Origin: Chrysochromulina tobinii
Lineage: Eukaryota
Assembly (NCBI GenBank): GCA_001275005.1
Contig: JWZX01003217.1
Span: 1-54,972 of the forward strand
Reading direction: 5' to 3'
DNA length: 54,972 nucleotides
This document shows positions 17,618 through 27,882 of this stretch, one piece after another; the first letter of the stretch is position 1, and every line of letters begins with the position of its first letter. The notes beneath the pieces are model-generated. The model worked only from the letters and a program-made list of their open reading frames with translations. It was not told the DNA's origin and did not search any database. The translations under genes and the position numbers were made by a program.

Positions 17618-20186
17618 ATGACGTGTATCGATGAGTACACCCTCGAAAAGCGCCTCGGGCAGGGTGCGATGGGCACCGTCCACCTGGTGACGCGCAAGAG
17701 AGACGGGCGGCAGCTCGCCCTCAAGCGTGTCAACTTTGCGGATCTGTCACACGAGGAGCGCAAGCAGACGCTGCTCGAGGTCGCGCTGCTCTCTCGCCTG
17801 CGCCATCCGAATATCATCGAGTACGTCGAACATTTCCATGACGGCGACGATCTATGCATCGTCATGGAGGTCGCACCCGATGACGTGCTCAAGGTGGTGC
17901 GGCGTGCAAAAGCAGCGGGCACGCCGCTGCCCGAGGAGCAGCTGCTGAGCATCCTGTCGCAAGTGGCATCGGCGCTGCACTACGCGCACAGCTGTCGCGT
18001 GCTTCACCGCGATGTAAAACCGGCCAACGTGCTGCTCACGGCGGACGGCACGCCCAAGCTCTCCGACTTCGGCATCAGCTGTACCGTGATGCAACACGAG
18101 CTGTCCCTCGGGCGCGCGCTGGTGAAGCGTGCGGACGGCGTGCGCGAGACGGAGTTCGAGGCGGCGGCAGACATCCGAGTGGAGCTCAAGGGCACGCCCG
18201 CATACATGGCGCCCGAGCTCTTCAACCACAAGATGGAGATGAACACCACGTACTCGGCCGCATCGGACGTGTGGGCGCTCGGCGTCATGATGTTCGAGCT
18301 CATGCTGTTTCGTCTGCCGTATGAGGGCGCGTCGATGATGTCGATCGTGTACAAGCTCGTCAACAACCCGTCGCAGAACGCCCTCACCGACGCGCGCGGC
18401 GCGCACGGCCGCGGCCACACCCAGTACTCCCAGGCCATGTACGCGTGCGTCGAGGCGATGCTGCATAAGCGGCCGCAGCAGCGCGCGACGCTGCCAGAGC
18501 TACTTTCGCGCCAGGTGCTGCTGCATCATGCGCGCGGCGGCGGAGCGCCCAAGCGCTTCATCGACCTGCTCGAGGAGGGCGCTGCCCAGATGAGCGGCCG
18601 GCTACCCGACGTATACTCGTTTGGACGCGGTGGTACTCGCCCTCGCCTGCGCGACGACTTGATGGGTCTCCAGATTCGGCAAGTAGCCTGCGGCGCGGCG
18701 CACTGCGCGGTGGTCGCCGTCTCGGGTGAGGTGTTCACTTGGGGGAGGAACGAGTGCGGCCAGCTTGGCCACGGCGACAGGAAGCAGCTCAGCCTACGGA
18801 GGCGCGTGCTTTTCGCCGAGGAGGTCGAGGGCGCCGTCGTGGTGCGCGGCGTCGCGTGCGGCTTCGCGCATGCAAGTGCTCACCACGGCGTCCTATTCCC
18901 CACAGGTGCGCGGCGTCGCGTGCGGCTTTGCGCACACGATTGCGATCGCCCAGCACGGGCGGCGCCTGTACGCGTGGGGCAGCGACAAGCACGGGCAGCT
19001 CGGGCTGGGGAGTGGCGCCTTTTGCCGCGCGGACGTGGGTCTGCAGGTCGCGATCCACGAGGGCGAGCTAAGCATTGAAGGCGTGTGGCGGCCGATTCAC
19101 TGGGGCACGCTCCAACCGACCGACGTGGCGCGAGCGCGAGTGATCGCTGTCGAGGAGGGCTTCGGAGGCGCGGTGACCCTGAGCGCGCTATCCGAGGAAG
19201 GCGAGAGCACGGAGATCGAGATCGAGATCGGCAATCCACGGCTGATGGGTTTGCGTGATCCGATGGATTGCGTGCTCACGCCGACGGCGCTGCGGACTGT
19301 CCTCGATGACGTGGCAGAGGCGTGGGCCGTCGTGGCGTGCGGCGATCGGCACTCGGCCGCCATCACCACTGCGGGATCCGCGTACGCATGGGGCAGCGCC
19401 GATGACGGACGGCTCGGGGTGCTCCTTGTCCCAGGGGAGAGCCGCGTGCTGGCCCCTCGGAAGCTGCCACTCTCGCTGCGAGTGCCCGAGACAGCGCGCG
19501 AGCTCGAGGGCCACTTGGAGGGCCACTTGGCGATGGTGGACTGCGGCGACGAGTTCACGTGCTACGTGGACGAGGCGGGCCGGCTGTGGGGTTGCGGCGC
19601 CAACTACGACGGGCAGCTTGGCATCGACGATCCGGACGTGGGGGAGGTTGGCACGCCGATGCGGCTGATTCCCTGGGGTCCCACTGACCCGGACGACGTG
19701 GGGATTGACTTCATTGCGTGCGGCGCGACGCACGTGGCGGCGGCCGATACGTTGGGGAGGCTCTGGCTGTGGGGCGGGCGGTTCGGCATGCCGCCGACGA
19801 AGGTTCGCTTGCCAGGCCGTTACGAGGACCCAGCTGACGAGAACGCCCTGGGCAGCCCTTGCGCGCTGGTCGCGTGCGGCGCGGACCTCGTCTTCACCGT
19901 GACGGACGACGGCGACGCCTTCACCTGGGGCGAGGGCAGCCACGGCCGCCTCGGCCTCGACGACGGCGCCCAATCTCATGAGGCGCCGCAAAGTCTTGCG
20001 TCACTCTCGGCGCCGCCAGTGAGGGTGCTGATGGTCGCGTGCAGCAAATCGGTCGCCAGCGCGGACGAGGGCCCGGCGGTGCTCGTGCTAGGCGAGCCCC
20101 ACGAAAGCGGCGCCCTCCACGATCAGTTCAAGCGCTTCCTACTCGCCGACAATGACCAGCGATGGGACGGGCGTCCCGCCCGTTGA
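17618..20186 (+). CDS. NIMA-related kinase with RCC1 repeats (NEK8/NEK9-like)
   Basis: LGQGAMG, ALK, LRHPNIIEY, HRDVKPANVLL, DFG, GTPAYMAPE, SDVWALG; RCC1 repeats VACG..H, WG.N..GQLG. Two ORFs joined by intron 18842-18905. Confidence 0.9.
18842..18905 (+). mobile_element. Intron (64 nt) sharing the GCATGCAAGTGCTCACCAC core; its 5' half copies the downstream exon
   Basis: GTGCGCGGCGTCGCGTGCGGCTT(C/T)GCGCA occurs at 18842 and again at 18906; ends ...CCCCACAG; removal joins the two ORFs in frame. Confidence 0.7.
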
Positions 20187-20542
20187 GCTTGACAGTATTC
20201 TGTAGTGTTAAGTATGTGACGGGTCCCGCCCTTGACATACTATTCTGTAGTGCTTCTTAAGTGTAGGTGGACTTGTTTAGGACTCGTACAGATCGGTTCC
20301 CTTCCGCGCTAGATGCGATTCCCGCAACTTCCCCGGCCCGCACAGGCGACAGACTGAGCGCGCGGCGGGGCACGGGGCAGCACATACAGAAATACTAGAT
20401 AGGAACGAGCTCGTCAAGGATTTGGGGGCCGATGCGGAATCCGGTAGTGGGGCATTCTGCTTCTCCGGCACAGTACGTCGATCACAGAGTTCACAGAACA
20501 CAGCTCTGAGACTCGCACACGGATGCGCACCATCATCCGCTC

Positions 20543-22516
20543 TCACGCGGCCGCGGGTGCACCGGTTTCGGACGGCGGCTCCTCAAACGCGAGCTTCTCG
20601 ATCATCTCGCAGAGGGCGTGCCAGCCGACCGCGGCCTCGGGGTGCTCCATGATCCGAGCGGCGAGCACGTCGATCGCCTCCGGCATCACGCCCCACTCCT
20701 CGACGCACTTGGGCCATAGGAAGCCGAGCAAGACGTCCTTGTCGCACGAGTCTTGCCCCCCGCTCGCGATATCGAAGGCGAGGTGCAGCGGGATCATGAG
20801 CTCGTCGAGCAGGAACATGAAGGACGCTTTGATGGACGCGATCGACTCGTCTCGCAGCATGCGCTCGATCGACTGCTCGCGCGTCATCTCGAGCATGCAG
20901 TTGAAGAAGAGGTCGGCGAACTCGTTGTAGTCGATGGCGCCGTCGTCGTTCTCGTCAGCCGCGAACATGAGCTTCTGTATCTGATGCTCGTTCAGCCCGA
21001 GCTTCGACTCGAAGAGACACTTTTGGAACTCGGCGCGGTCGAGCTTGCCTGAGCCGTCGGCGTCGTACGCCTGGAAGACGTTGCGCGCCATGTTGGTGAG
21101 CCGCTTCTGCTCCTCGGGCGTGATCGCCTGGAGCGGCGTGATCTTCGCCATCTTTGTCACCATGTGCCGCTTGCGCTCGAGCGCCGGGTCGCTCAGCTTA
21201 ATGATCATGCGCGCCGCCGGCCCGACGAAGTTGGAGATCATCACCTTGCCCTCGGAGTCGACGGGCGCGTCGGCGAGCACGGTCTGCAGCTGGATGGGCG
21301 TGAGCTTGACGAGGTCGGCCTCGATCATTGCGGCCTTGAGCATCTTGGTCGTCAGCCGGCCGTCCTCCTCCGCATCGTAGCTCGCCAGGTGCATCGAGAG
21401 GTACTCGACCAGGTCGTCCGACTCGCTCTGCAAGAAGCCGAGCTTCAGAGCTTCGACCAGGTAGTTGAACATGAGCGGCGCGAACTCGTTGTACTCGATG
21501 GTGCCGCTCTCGTCCTCGTCGATGAAGGACATGATCATCTTGATCTCACGCGGCGTCAGCTTCGTCGCGCCTAGCTGCAGCGACTTGAGGCATTCCACAA
21601 TCTCGCCGCGCTCGAGCCGGCCGCTGTTGTCCTTATCGAAGGAGCGGAAGGCGCTGAGAAGCATCTCGACGATCTCCTCCTCACCGAGCCCGTGGATGAC
21701 CTCGCGTGCCATGAGCTCGGCCTCCTCGTTGCGCACCGCCTCCTCCGCCGCGTTCAGCTGGCGCAGCCGCATCGTCTGGATGATGTCCGCGCCGAGCGGC
21801 GCGAACTCGGCGTACTCGATCTTGCCGTCGCCGTTGGCGTCCGCGAGCATCAGGATCTGGCGCACGCTGCTCTCGTCGAGGCCGAGCTGCGAGGTCTCTA
21901 GAAGCGTGCGGAACTCCTTCGGGTCCAGGTACCTGTTCCCGTCCGCGTCGCCGTCTTTGAAGATCGACACGAGAAGCTGCTCCAGCTCCGCGTCCGACTC
22001 AAACATTTGCTGCAGCGCCGCGGCCTGCGCGTCGGCGAGGTCGTTAGCGGCCTCCATGAGGCGCTCCTGGTTCTCATCGGCGCCGTCAAAGGCCGCGTCC
22101 GCGATCGCCTGCGCCGCCTTGTACTTGCCCGGCACGAAGGCGAGCGGCTGCGGCAGCCTCCCCTTGTCGGCAAACATGGCAGAGCACTCGAGCACGATCG
22201 CCTTGCGGCGGATGGCTGCGTCGAGCCACTGCTTGCGGATCGGCCGCTCACCCGGAAAGCGATTCTTCTGCTTCTCGATAATGTACGACACCCTCGGCGC
22301 CTCACCCTCTCCGCGCGGTTTCACGGTGAACGTGGCCGTCGCCACCAGCTCTGGCACGGGCTTGGTGGGCTGCGGCATCGAGAAGATGACGAGAAATTCA
22401 TGGCCCTGCTCGGCGCGGTCTTTGACGTGCCGCACGTGGTGCACGTACGAACCCAGGGCCCACGACTGACATAAGCCGTCCACCGCCTCGAAGGCTTTCT
22501 TCGGGTCCATGCTCAT
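20543..22516 (-). CDS. Multi-EF-hand Ca2+-binding protein with N-terminal AKAP28(AKAP14)-like domain
   Basis: EF loops DADGNRYLDPKE, DANGDGKIEYAE, DKDNSGRLERGE, DEDESGTIEYNE, DADGSGKLDRAE, DENDDGAIDYNE plus degenerate ones. N-terminal FSMPQPTKPVP..ATATF..SYIIE..FPG....KQWL resembles AKAP28. Confidence 0.85.
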   Translation of the reverse strand: MSMDPKKAFEAVDGLCQSWALGSYVHHVRHVKDRAEQGHEFLVIFSMPQPTKPVPELVATATFTVKPRGEGEAPRVSYIIEKQKNRFPGERPIRKQWLDAAIRRKAIVLECSAMFADKGRLPQPLAFVPGKYKAAQAIADAAFDGADENQERLMEAANDLADAQAAALQQMFESDAELEQLLVSIFKDGDADGNRYLDPKEFRTLLETSQLGLDESSVRQILMLADANGDGKIEYAEFAPLGADIIQTMRLRQLNAAEEAVRNEEAELMAREVIHGLGEEEIVEMLLSAFRSFDKDNSGRLERGEIVECLKSLQLGATKLTPREIKMIMSFIDEDESGTIEYNEFAPLMFNYLVEALKLGFLQSESDDLVEYLSMHLASYDAEEDGRLTTKMLKAAMIEADLVKLTPIQLQTVLADAPVDSEGKVMISNFVGPAARMIIKLSDPALERKRHMVTKMAKITPLQAITPEEQKRLTNMARNVFQAYDADGSGKLDRAEFQKCLFESKLGLNEHQIQKLMFAADENDDGAIDYNEFADLFFNCMLEMTREQSIERMLRDESIASIKASFMFLLDELMIPLHLAFDIASGGQDSCDKDVLLGFLWPKCVEEWGVMPEAIDVLAARIMEHPEAAVGWHALCEMIEKLAFEEPPSETGAPAAA

Positions 22517-22675
22517 GGAACGGCGCCTCCCTGCCGAAACGACACTCTATTTCGCTCGAGCGCACCCCGCAGACATGCGCAGATGGCTTTCCACTACATC
22601 TAAGGGCCGCTGTCATCACTGTCGCTGAGAACCAAAGTCTGATGAAGTTTACATACTATTTGGTTTGCGGCGAGA

Positions 22676-23261
22676 ATGGCGATCGTACAGGTGTTGCATC
22701 TCGCTCTCGACACACCTGCCGCTGCGCCAGCAGCGTTCACCGGCGGCCCGTCTGCTCCTTCGCTGCACCGCTCACGCGCTGCATCGCCCACCGCTCCCCC
22801 CCCTCTCGCCTTCCCCACAGTCATGGCTCGAGTACGGCTGGCTGCGGCTGCGGCGCATGGACTACTGGAACCCCGCCCACATCCCGACGAACTGCTCCAA
22901 CAAGCTCTTCCGCTACAGGGCGCCAGGCGCGATGTCGGCCGGCGTCAACGTGAAGAAGCTCGACGACGCCGTCGGCACCACGCCCTTCACCGTGCGCTAC
23001 TTCCAACGCGACCAGATGCGCCGTGATACAGGCTACTACCCAGACACGCCACTATCACTCACCCACGCGCTCTTTCAGAAGCCGCATATGAGCGGGCTGC
23101 GCCCCTCCGCCGCGGCGCCCGAAAAGATCGTAAGCCCCCCCGCCTTCCCCTTCGCCGCCGGCGAGGGCGTCGGTTATGCCAGTCCCAAGGCCATGGGCCT
23201 CTCGAAGAAGGTGCTCAACCCGCTCGCTCGCGACCATGACATGGGCGTCCCAAACATGTGA
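22676..23261 (+). CDS. Small protein (about 151 aa), probable mitochondrial complex I subunit NDUFA7/B14.5a-like
   Basis: MAIVQ|intron 22691-22820 (GT...CCCCACAG)|SWLEYG. FRYRAPG and VRYFQRDQMRR resemble the YY/F.RD.RR motif of B14.5a. Confidence 0.5.
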
Positions 23262-23689
23262 GTGCGCGCCGCGCGAGACACGGAAGATGAGCAAGGAATA
23301 GCCAGCGGCACGTGACTTATAGTATTACGGCGACGAGGGCGCCGGCTCATTCGTGGGGGCTCGAGGGGGGGGGGGGTTCGAGCCGCCACGGGTCCTGTCG
23401 ACAGGAAAGCTACCACAACCCTCGTCATCACGATGTGCTGGCAAATTTTGCGAGGAGCTAGGGAGAACTCGAGGAGCTCGCGCTGCACAGGGGACCCGAC
23501 TGACCTAGGATTCGTTTTTGAGTGAGTTAGGATTCCTATCGAGACACACCACGTGGTGATTTACGGGGTTCAGGACGAGATACCTACTGTGGCTCACAAG
23601 ATTTACCCTAGCGGCACACGCAGTTCTCCACTCACTCTTCAGGAACCTTCCTCAAACACCCCACGGCTTTCACGTGAACACGTGCACAC

Positions 23690-25984
23690 ATGCAGACACG
23701 TCTCCTCTTCGTTCTCGCGGCTGCGGCCGTTGAGCATTCGGCAGCCCGCTCGGCTCTAGTGAGCCGTCTTCGTGGAGGCTCTTTGGACGTCGTGTCACCA
23801 ACCGGGGCCGGTTCGGAGGACTCAGATGGCGAAGCAGCTGCTGAAGCTCCGCCAGACGTTGGCAGTGTCTGCAAGCGATACCGTGGCGAGCTCGCAGACT
23901 TTTTCGCTACCTTTGAGCAGCTCGTCCATCGCGCATGCACGACGTGCAAACCCAACGCGATCGGCTACCGCTCATCTCGCGATCGCATCAAGCAACGCGC
24001 CGACAGGCAGGCTCTGTGCACAGCGCACGCGCGGCTTTCAGAAATCTATCGCGATGCCGCTGCGCACGTCGAGCGCCCGTCTGGATCCGTGCCACGCTTC
24101 GCCGCCTCGACACTGCGTCTGCACCTTCTGCTGAGCCGTCTGCTCTCGGAGGAGGACACATCCTCCGCTGCCCCGAGCGCCTCCGACAAGAAGCCTTCCT
24201 CGGCTGACACAAGCCCCGCGGCTCCGCGGACGCTGGTGCTCGACGACGAGGCTGCAGCGCTCGACGCGATGCGCGCGGAGCTCTGCCGCAAGCCCACCGG
24301 TACCGTCGCCTCCGTCGTGCGCGAGCTGCGCGTCGCTCTCGCGCCCGCGGCCTCGACGCAGCTCCTCCTCGTGTATCGCACCCTCCTCGCCGCCGCTGCC
24401 AACACAGCTCCCTCGGCAGGCGCTGCGTTGAGCGCTATAGCACCAAGTGGCGGCGAAGCTGGCGGCATGGGCACGTCTGCGGGCGCGGCGGGCGCGGCGA
24501 CCGCGGCGGCCGCGGCGGCGCTGCAAGAGGAGCTTGAGCTCGCTAGGCAGCAAGCAGAGGCGGCGAGCGATTATGCGCGCGAGGCCGAGCGACTGGTGCA
24601 CGAGCAGGCGGGCCTTCGCTCGGAGGCGGAGCATCAGGCGGCGGTGCTCGCCACGCGCGTGGCACAGCTGGAGGCAGCGCCTCAGAGGGCAAGTGATGCG
24701 ACCACAGACGCGCAGGCGACCCACACGGCGGCCGCTCAGGCTGATGCGGCGAGGGAAGCGACGGCGGCGGCGGCGGCGCTCGCCGCGGCACGGGAGGCCG
24801 AGCAAGCGTCGCGCCGTGCCGAGCAAGCGTCGCGCTCCGAACTGAATGCGCTGCGCGAGGAGTTTCGTCAACGCTCCGACCTTCTGCGAGAGCTGCAGGA
24901 GCGGTTGGAGCTCGCCACGGCGCTCGGTACGCAATCGGCCGCGGCGGAGGCAGCCACACGCGAGCACGCCGAGCGGCTGGGCGAGACTGTGGCGACGCTC
25001 GAGCAGCAGTGCGCGAAGCTCGACGCGGGGCACCGCGCCCTTGTGCAGCGTGCCGCCGTGTGCGCGATGCTCGAGCAGCAAGCAGCGCGCCGCGCAATCG
25101 AGCTCGGGCAGCTCGGAGAGATCTCCCAGCAGCTCGGAGAGATGCCTCCCGGAGCCACCGCTGCCGTCCACCATGGCCATCCCGCACCGCAGCATGGGCA
25201 GCCGCCGCCGCTTCAGCACCAGCCAGGCCAGTCACCCATGCAGCCAGGCCAGCAGCAGCCGCAGCCGCAGCAGCCGCAGCAGCCGCAGCAGCCGCAGCAG
25301 CCGCAGCAGCCGCAGCAGCCGCAGCAGCCACAGCAGCAGCAGCTGCAGCCACAGCCCTATGGCAGCTTCGCGGGAGCGCCACAAGCTCCGGCGGTGCCGC
25401 TCGCGAAGCACAGGGAGGTGCAGCTCGAGCTCGCCATGGCGCACGAGCGGCTGGCGCAGCTGCAAGGCATGCACGCGAGCAACATTCAAGAGCTCGAGCA
25501 TGCAAAGCGCGAGCTGCATGCGAGCGCAGCACACAGCCGGGAGCTGGGGCGCAAGTTGTACCTGGCCGAGCAGCAGCTACAGAGGATGCGCCAGCTATCG
25601 CGCCCCGGCTCGGCTGCAAATCCTGTGCCGCAGCTGCCGTTGGGGGAAGCACACGAGCAAGCACACGAGCAAGCACACGAACAGCGCCTGCCGTGGCAGC
25701 AGGGCCCGAGCTCGCACCGAAGCTCGCAGGGCGACGCGGCCGCGTCGAACATCGGCGCCGTCCAGCCGATGCCGAGCACCTCTGCGATCAGCGAGAACCT
25801 GAGCACGATTGCGGGCTCGCTGCTCGCGACGCTCAATAAAAAGGTGAAGCAGGCGACTTCCTCCACGCTCGAGCTGTCCAAGGGGCTCGTGGACGACATC
25901 AAAGGGCTCACGGGCGCGCAGCCGGCGCAGACGCTGGCGGCCGCGGCGCAGCGAGAGGCGCCGACGGGCGGCGGCTTCGCGTAA
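23690..25984 (+). CDS. Signal peptide + RLRGG presequence coiled-coil protein with PQQ repeat
   Basis: 764-aa ATG ORF; hydrophobic N-terminus, RLRGG at aa 26-30, Ala-rich coiled coil, (PQQ)n. Confidence 0.65.
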   Translation: MQTRLLFVLAAAAVEHSAARSALVSRLRGGSLDVVSPTGAGSEDSDGEAAAEAPPDVGSVCKRYRGELADFFATFEQLVHRACTTCKPNAIGYRSSRDRIKQRADRQALCTAHARLSEIYRDAAAHVERPSGSVPRFAASTLRLHLLLSRLLSEEDTSSAAPSASDKKPSSADTSPAAPRTLVLDDEAAALDAMRAELCRKPTGTVASVVRELRVALAPAASTQLLLVYRTLLAAAANTAPSAGAALSAIAPSGGEAGGMGTSAGAAGAATAAAAAALQEELELARQQAEAASDYAREAERLVHEQAGLRSEAEHQAAVLATRVAQLEAAPQRASDATTDAQATHTAAAQADAAREATAAAAALAAAREAEQASRRAEQASRSELNALREEFRQRSDLLRELQERLELATALGTQSAAAEAATREHAERLGETVATLEQQCAKLDAGHRALVQRAAVCAMLEQQAARRAIELGQLGEISQQLGEMPPGATAAVHHGHPAPQHGQPPPLQHQPGQSPMQPGQQQPQPQQPQQPQQPQQPQQPQQPQQPQQQQLQPQPYGSFAGAPQAPAVPLAKHREVQLELAMAHERLAQLQGMHASNIQELEHAKRELHASAAHSRELGRKLYLAEQQLQRMRQLSRPGSAANPVPQLPLGEAHEQAHEQAHEQRLPWQQGPSSHRSSQGDAAASNIGAVQPMPSTSAISENLSTIAGSLLATLNKKVKQATSSTLELSKGLVDDIKGLTGAQPAQTLAAAAQREAPTGGGFA
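25250..25353 (+). repeat. Coding (CCGCAGCAG)n repeat encoding (PQQ)n
   Basis: Directly visible 9-nt tandem repeat. Confidence 0.9.
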
Positions 25985-26235
25985 CGTCATAGTATGCTGA
26001 GCAGCAGCTATGACGATTGCTGGGTCATGCAGGGGGGGCTTCGCGTCCGGGCCCTCCGCCGGTCGCGTGTCTTTTACCGGTGCCGAGTGTTAACAGCCAA
26101 TTCACACAAAGCGACATCGTGGGCGGCAGCGGCAACCGCGACACGCCCGGCGACTCGTCACCGAAGCTTTGTCGCCTCCAACGTGTCGTGGACCGCGAGG
26201 CCCGCGATTGGTAGGTACTGTGCGCCACTCCAGTC

Positions 26236-27741
26236 ATGTACTGGGTGTTGATTCAGAGCGCGGCACTAGCAGCGGCGCTCTTGATCATCATCATCTCGTT
26301 CTGGCCTCACTCCTGCGTCCATGATTCCCGGCCAACCGTCAAAATGCTGCCCCGAACGGCAACGGCAGCGGCGGGCAGGTGCCCGGGGCAGCAATGTGTG
26401 TCGGGAGAGGCTGCTGGGCTACCAATGCCCAGTTCGGATGCTCCAGACGGCCACGAGTGGTTGGGTGGCGCTCTCGGCTTTGCTGAAGCACCGAACGCCA
26501 CAGATGGTTACACAACGGCGAGGGCGCCGGTGAATGCGACGCTGCTCCTGATCGGCGTTGTGAGCGGCTCCAAGAACTTCGATGTGCGCGCGTGGCTTCG
26601 CCGCGCCTTCTGGCGTCAACGGGCATGGAGACATGGTGTTGGCTGGCGCTTCGTCGTGGGCACCACCTTGCCTCGGGGCGACAACGACCGCGTCTCGCTG
26701 AACTATGAAGCACGTCGCCATGGAGACATGGATCTGGTGCGGGGCAGCGAGCTGCCGCCGCGGCAAGCTCGGGTCGCGCTCCGTTGGTGGCTGCACGCTG
26801 CAGTACTCGCCACACAGGCGCATGCACCGGCATACTTTGCGCTCACGTACGACGCCGTACTCTTGAGCTTGCCCCGACTGGCCTCTCGATTGCGCTCCGT
26901 GGGGAGGACGCATCGCATGCGTCAACGGCCGGCCGAGCGGCGCTACCTTTACGGAGGCGACCTGCGCTGGGCCGCTTGGGCCGAGAGCAGCGAGCGGGCG
27001 GGCGCCACATGGCGCTGCGTGAGTGCAGTCACGCCGGTCGAGCTGCTCAGTGCGCGGTTGGCGGGGGACGTCGGTCCTCCCGCCGACACGCTCACACCCA
27101 GCGGCCGGCAGACGGCGACCAAGGCGGCGGAGAGCGGCTCGTTCTCCTCGGCGTGCACGAGGGGCGGCAGAGGCACCAAAGGCGCCAGCGACGGCAACAG
27201 AGCGGGCAACAGAGGGGGCACATCGGGCACATTCCTAGCTGCGAGTCCGGAGCTACAGGTGCTCTCAGCGCCGCTGCTGCGCGCACTGCAAGGCCCGATG
27301 GCCTACCGGCTACGCGCGCACCGATTGGAAGTGGTGCCGCCGTTGTCGCTCTGGGACCGATCGGAGACGTATCACCAGAGCGCCGCAGGGCGCACACCTT
27401 CGCAGCCCGCTCTGCTCGCGGCCACGGTGCTCGCTCGCGCCGTGTACAATGCGAGCCGGACGCGCGGGGGCATCGCCTACGTCGAGTTGCGCAGTGCACC
27501 CGATGCGCCCGCGTTCTCGTGGGAGGTCGAGCCGCTCGTCGTGCCCGGGGCCCGCTCGTTGCTCGTGCGCGGCGTGACGAATGGCATCGCCGCTGAGGCT
27601 GTTGTTGAGCGCTTCGAGCGCCAGCAGCGCTCGCCGTCGAACGTGCCCGTCCGCGTGCGCTGCTCACGCGCACGCTGCGAGCAGTGGGGGCTCGCCGAGG
27701 CCGATGCCGCCACCGCGTGTTGCGAAACCCAGCATCAGTGA
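26236..27741 (+). CDS. Type II membrane GT31 (galactosyltransferase)-like protein, divergent
   Basis: N-terminal TM; LLLIGVVSG..NFDVRAWLRR..W, RFVVG, EARRHGD; the usual KTDDD position reads LTYDA. Confidence 0.6.
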   Translation: MYWVLIQSAALAAALLIIIISFWPHSCVHDSRPTVKMLPRTATAAAGRCPGQQCVSGEAAGLPMPSSDAPDGHEWLGGALGFAEAPNATDGYTTARAPVNATLLLIGVVSGSKNFDVRAWLRRAFWRQRAWRHGVGWRFVVGTTLPRGDNDRVSLNYEARRHGDMDLVRGSELPPRQARVALRWWLHAAVLATQAHAPAYFALTYDAVLLSLPRLASRLRSVGRTHRMRQRPAERRYLYGGDLRWAAWAESSERAGATWRCVSAVTPVELLSARLAGDVGPPADTLTPSGRQTATKAAESGSFSSACTRGGRGTKGASDGNRAGNRGGTSGTFLAASPELQVLSAPLLRALQGPMAYRLRAHRLEVVPPLSLWDRSETYHQSAAGRTPSQPALLAATVLARAVYNASRTRGGIAYVELRSAPDAPAFSWEVEPLVVPGARSLLVRGVTNGIAAEAVVERFERQQRSPSNVPVRVRCSRARCEQWGLAEADAATACCETQHQ

Positions 27742-27882
27742 AATAGTGCGATGGAAGAAACGAAATTTCGATTTCGTTTTCACAGACGCTCTTCACGGAT
27801 CACGCGTTCAGAGGGGGCGCAGTGGGCGTCGGTCGACGCACACACACGCGCGCGCGTGCGTCGAGCCCAACAAGGTGCGGGC

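Noticed and set aside
20166..20265. Imperfect duplication around the NEK stop codon and 3' UTR
   Set aside because: Short, degenerate local duplication with no evident function.
27751..27882. Upstream extension of the TFIIA ORF as the missing alpha domain
   Set aside because: No resemblance to the alpha N-terminal helices; gamma homology begins at ATG 27883.
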